Assembly (NCBI RefSeq): GCF_018350175.1
Contig: NC_058368.1
Location: forward strand, 196,728,001-196,792,000
From: Felis catus
Taxonomy: Eukaryota
Direction: 5' to 3'
DNA: 64,000 nt
The notes under the pieces were generated by a model. The model was not told where the DNA came from. It saw nothing but the letters and a program-made list of their open reading frames with translations, and did not search any database. The position numbers and the translations under genes are program-made. Positions 61,620 through 64,000 of the stretch are shown in pieces (the first letter of the stretch is position 1; every line of letters begins with the position of its first letter).

Positions 61620-62656
61620 TCGAATGGTCATTCTATGTTTAACTTAGTGAGAAAATACCAGACTATTTTCTGCAGTAGCTGCATCATTTTACGTTCCTAC
61701 CAGCAATGTAGGAAAATTCCAATTTCTCCACATCTTTCCCAACACTTGTTATTTTCCACTTGTTTGTTTGTGTTACAGCCATCCTCATGGATATGAAGTG
61801 GCATCTCATTGCCATTTTGATTTACATTTCCTTAATGACTAATGACATTGAGTGTCTCTTCACGCATTTGTTGGTCATTTGCATGTATTCTTTGGAGAAA
61901 TATCCAAGTCCTGCGCCCTGGTAAAAAGTTGGGCTGTTGGGTCTTTTCGTGGTTTACTTATACAACTTCTTTATATATTCTGAATACAGACCCTCAACAG
62001 ATACATGATTTGCAACTGTTTTCTCCCATTCTGTGGGCTTCCTTTCACTTTCTTGGTTGTATCCCTCGATGCATAAAGGATTTTTATTTTTATGAATCCC
62101 AGTGTAACTGTGTTGTTTTTTTTTTTTTCTTTCCTCACTTGTGCTCCAGGTCATAAAGACTCACTCTTATGTTTTCTCCTTATAGTTTTAGATCCTCATA
62201 TCCCAGACTTTTATAAATTTGAGTTTATTTTTCATGAGCTAAAGGTCCGACCTCATTCTTTGCATGTCAGATACCCAGTTGTCCCAGCACCCTTTGTTAA
62301 CGAGATTATTCTTTTCCTCTTGAATGGGTTTAGCATCCTTGTTGAAAACCAGTTGTCAAAGATGTGTAGAATTATTTCTGGACTCTCCATTCTATTCCAC
62401 TGACCTATATGTAAGACTGTTCTCATGCAATGCCACGCTATTTCGATTACTGTAGCTGCAGAGCACGCTTTGAACTCAGGAAGTGTGAGTGTTCACACTT
62501 AGTTTCCTTGTTCAAGATTGTTTTGGCTCTTTGGGATTTCTTGCAATTCCCGATGAATTGCAAAATTGGCTTAAAATTTACCGTCTTAACCATTTCTTAA
62601 CTATGATAACCATTTTGAACTGTACATTTCAGTGGCATTAAAAACTCCAGAACTCT

Positions 62657-62877
62657 GGGGTGCCTGGGTGGCGCAGTCCGACTTCAGCCAGGTCACGATC
62701 TCGCAGTCCGTGAGTTCGAGCCCCGCGTCAGGCTCTGGGCTGATGGCTCAGAGCCTGGAGCCTGTTTCCGATTCTGTGTCTCCCTCTCTCTCTGCCCCTC
62801 CCCCGTTCATGCTCTGTCTCTCTCTGTCCCAAAAAAAATAAATAAACGTTGAAAAAAAAAATTAAAAAAAAAAAAAA
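62657..62877 (+). mobile_element. Young Can-SINE with an 11-bp deletion in the head
   Basis: TSD aaaaactccagaactct. Confidence 0.95.
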
Positions 62878-64000
62878 CTCCAGAACTCTTTTCACCTTGT
62901 TAAACCGAAGCTCTAGACCTATTAGACGGTAAGTCCCCATTCTCCCCTTCCCACAGCCCCTGGCGACGGCCATGCTACTCTCTATCTGTATGACTGGACT
63001 ACACTGAGTGACTTATGTAAGTGGAATCACACAGTATTTTTCTTTTATTAGTGACTGGCTCATTTCATTTAGTGTAATGTCCTCAAGGTTTATCCATGTT
63101 GTACCGCGCGTCAGAATTTTCTTCCTTTTTGAGGTCAGATAATGTTCCCTTGGATAGACGCACACCACATTTGCTTCTCCACTTACCTGCCAACGGACAC
63201 GTGTTGTTTCCGTGTTTTGTCTGCTATCAACTCAGAGATACAACTGTGTCTTCAGGAACTTGTCGACAATTCTTTGGGGGTGTATACGTAGAAGTGAGAT
63301 TGCTAGATCCCCTGATAATTCTATTTTTAATTCTTTAGGGATTTGCCATACTGTCTTCCACAGGGGCTATACCATTTTATATTCCCACCAACGGTGCACA
63401 GGGGTCTAATTTCTCTGCCTACAACTTTTTTTAACTTCACGTATGGCCATCTTTCCGTGTCTGTGGTATCGAGGACCGCCTAATCTTTTCACCACATTTT
63501 ACAGCTATTCTACAATTTGTTGCAATGATCTCTTAATGTCTCTCATAGTTATTTCGAATTTTTAACTATCATAAATAAGAATGCAGTGAGCTTCATTATA
63601 ATGTACATCTTTGTGCACTTATCCAATTATTTCCTTTGGATAAGTTCCCAGAAGTGGACTTCTTAGGTCGGAGGAGAGGCATACTTCTAAAGCTTTGATG
63701 ACTGTTGCCAAATTGTCCTCCAAAAGTATCAGACCAACACCCACTCTGAACAGCAGTGGAAAGGGTTTCTGCCTCAAACATGGTCCACATGATTTTCCGC
63801 CAGCGTAACTTCCAGAGGGAGAGTGTAAGGGCCCCTGGCATGCTCCTTACTGGGCAAAAACCTTGACGAAAATAGGAACAGTCCCATTCATTCAATAGAG
63901 AGATCCTCCTCTTAGATGCGGAAGGGGCCCGCCGAAGGGGCCAGCCAAACTGTCATTATAAAGATACTTTGTTTGGGTCTCCTCGATGCTGGCTTGTCTG

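Larger units (their letters stand above)
60720..63760 (-). mobile_element. Old L1 (L1MB-like) 3' segments, at least two pieces, with SINE insertions
   Basis: gtgtacaattcagtg..ctagttccagaacattttcatt..gtggcatctcattg..tacccagttgtcccagcacc; second piece from ~62570 (cttaaccattt..ctccagaactctttt). Confidence 0.85.

Noticed and set aside
529..62973. Recurrent ORFs such as GQRETEHERGRGRERGRHR and GAWVAQSV..SDSVSPSLS
   Set aside because: Translations of Can-SINE copies, not a gene family
1..64000. CRISPR array, prokaryotic-type or otherwise novel multi-gene system
   Set aside because: No regularly spaced repeat-spacer structure or gene cluster; the window is explained by one known mammalian gene start, its miRNA and repeats

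Overview
Mammalian genomic DNA from a felid (cat-like): about 40 carnivore tRNA-derived SINEs, many with Felidae SINEC_Fc-type diagnostics. The only supportable gene is PPARGC1B (PGC-1beta) on the minus strand. Its first coding exon ([26 protein letters not shown], 35348-35425) lies in a ~2.3 kb CpG island. Positions 1-35347 are inferred intron 1 and contain the mir-378(a) hairpin (32841-32906), which sits at the junction of two inverted MIR elements. Positions ~35600-64000 are upstream intergenic DNA rich in SINE, L1, L2, MaLR and DNA-transposon remnants. I found no evidence for a wholly new biological system; the other ORFs in the track look like repeat- or GC-driven noise. The most notable structures are the MIR-MIR origin of mir-378, a tailless 3'-truncated U6 retrocopy with perfect target-site duplications, a dispersed ~280 bp local duplication, a three-SINE nest forming a ~500 bp near-palindrome, and candidate regulatory motifs (CTCF, RFX, ERRE/DR0, E-box). 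Repeat family names are from recognition of consensus-like sequence by eye, and repeat boundaries are approximate.
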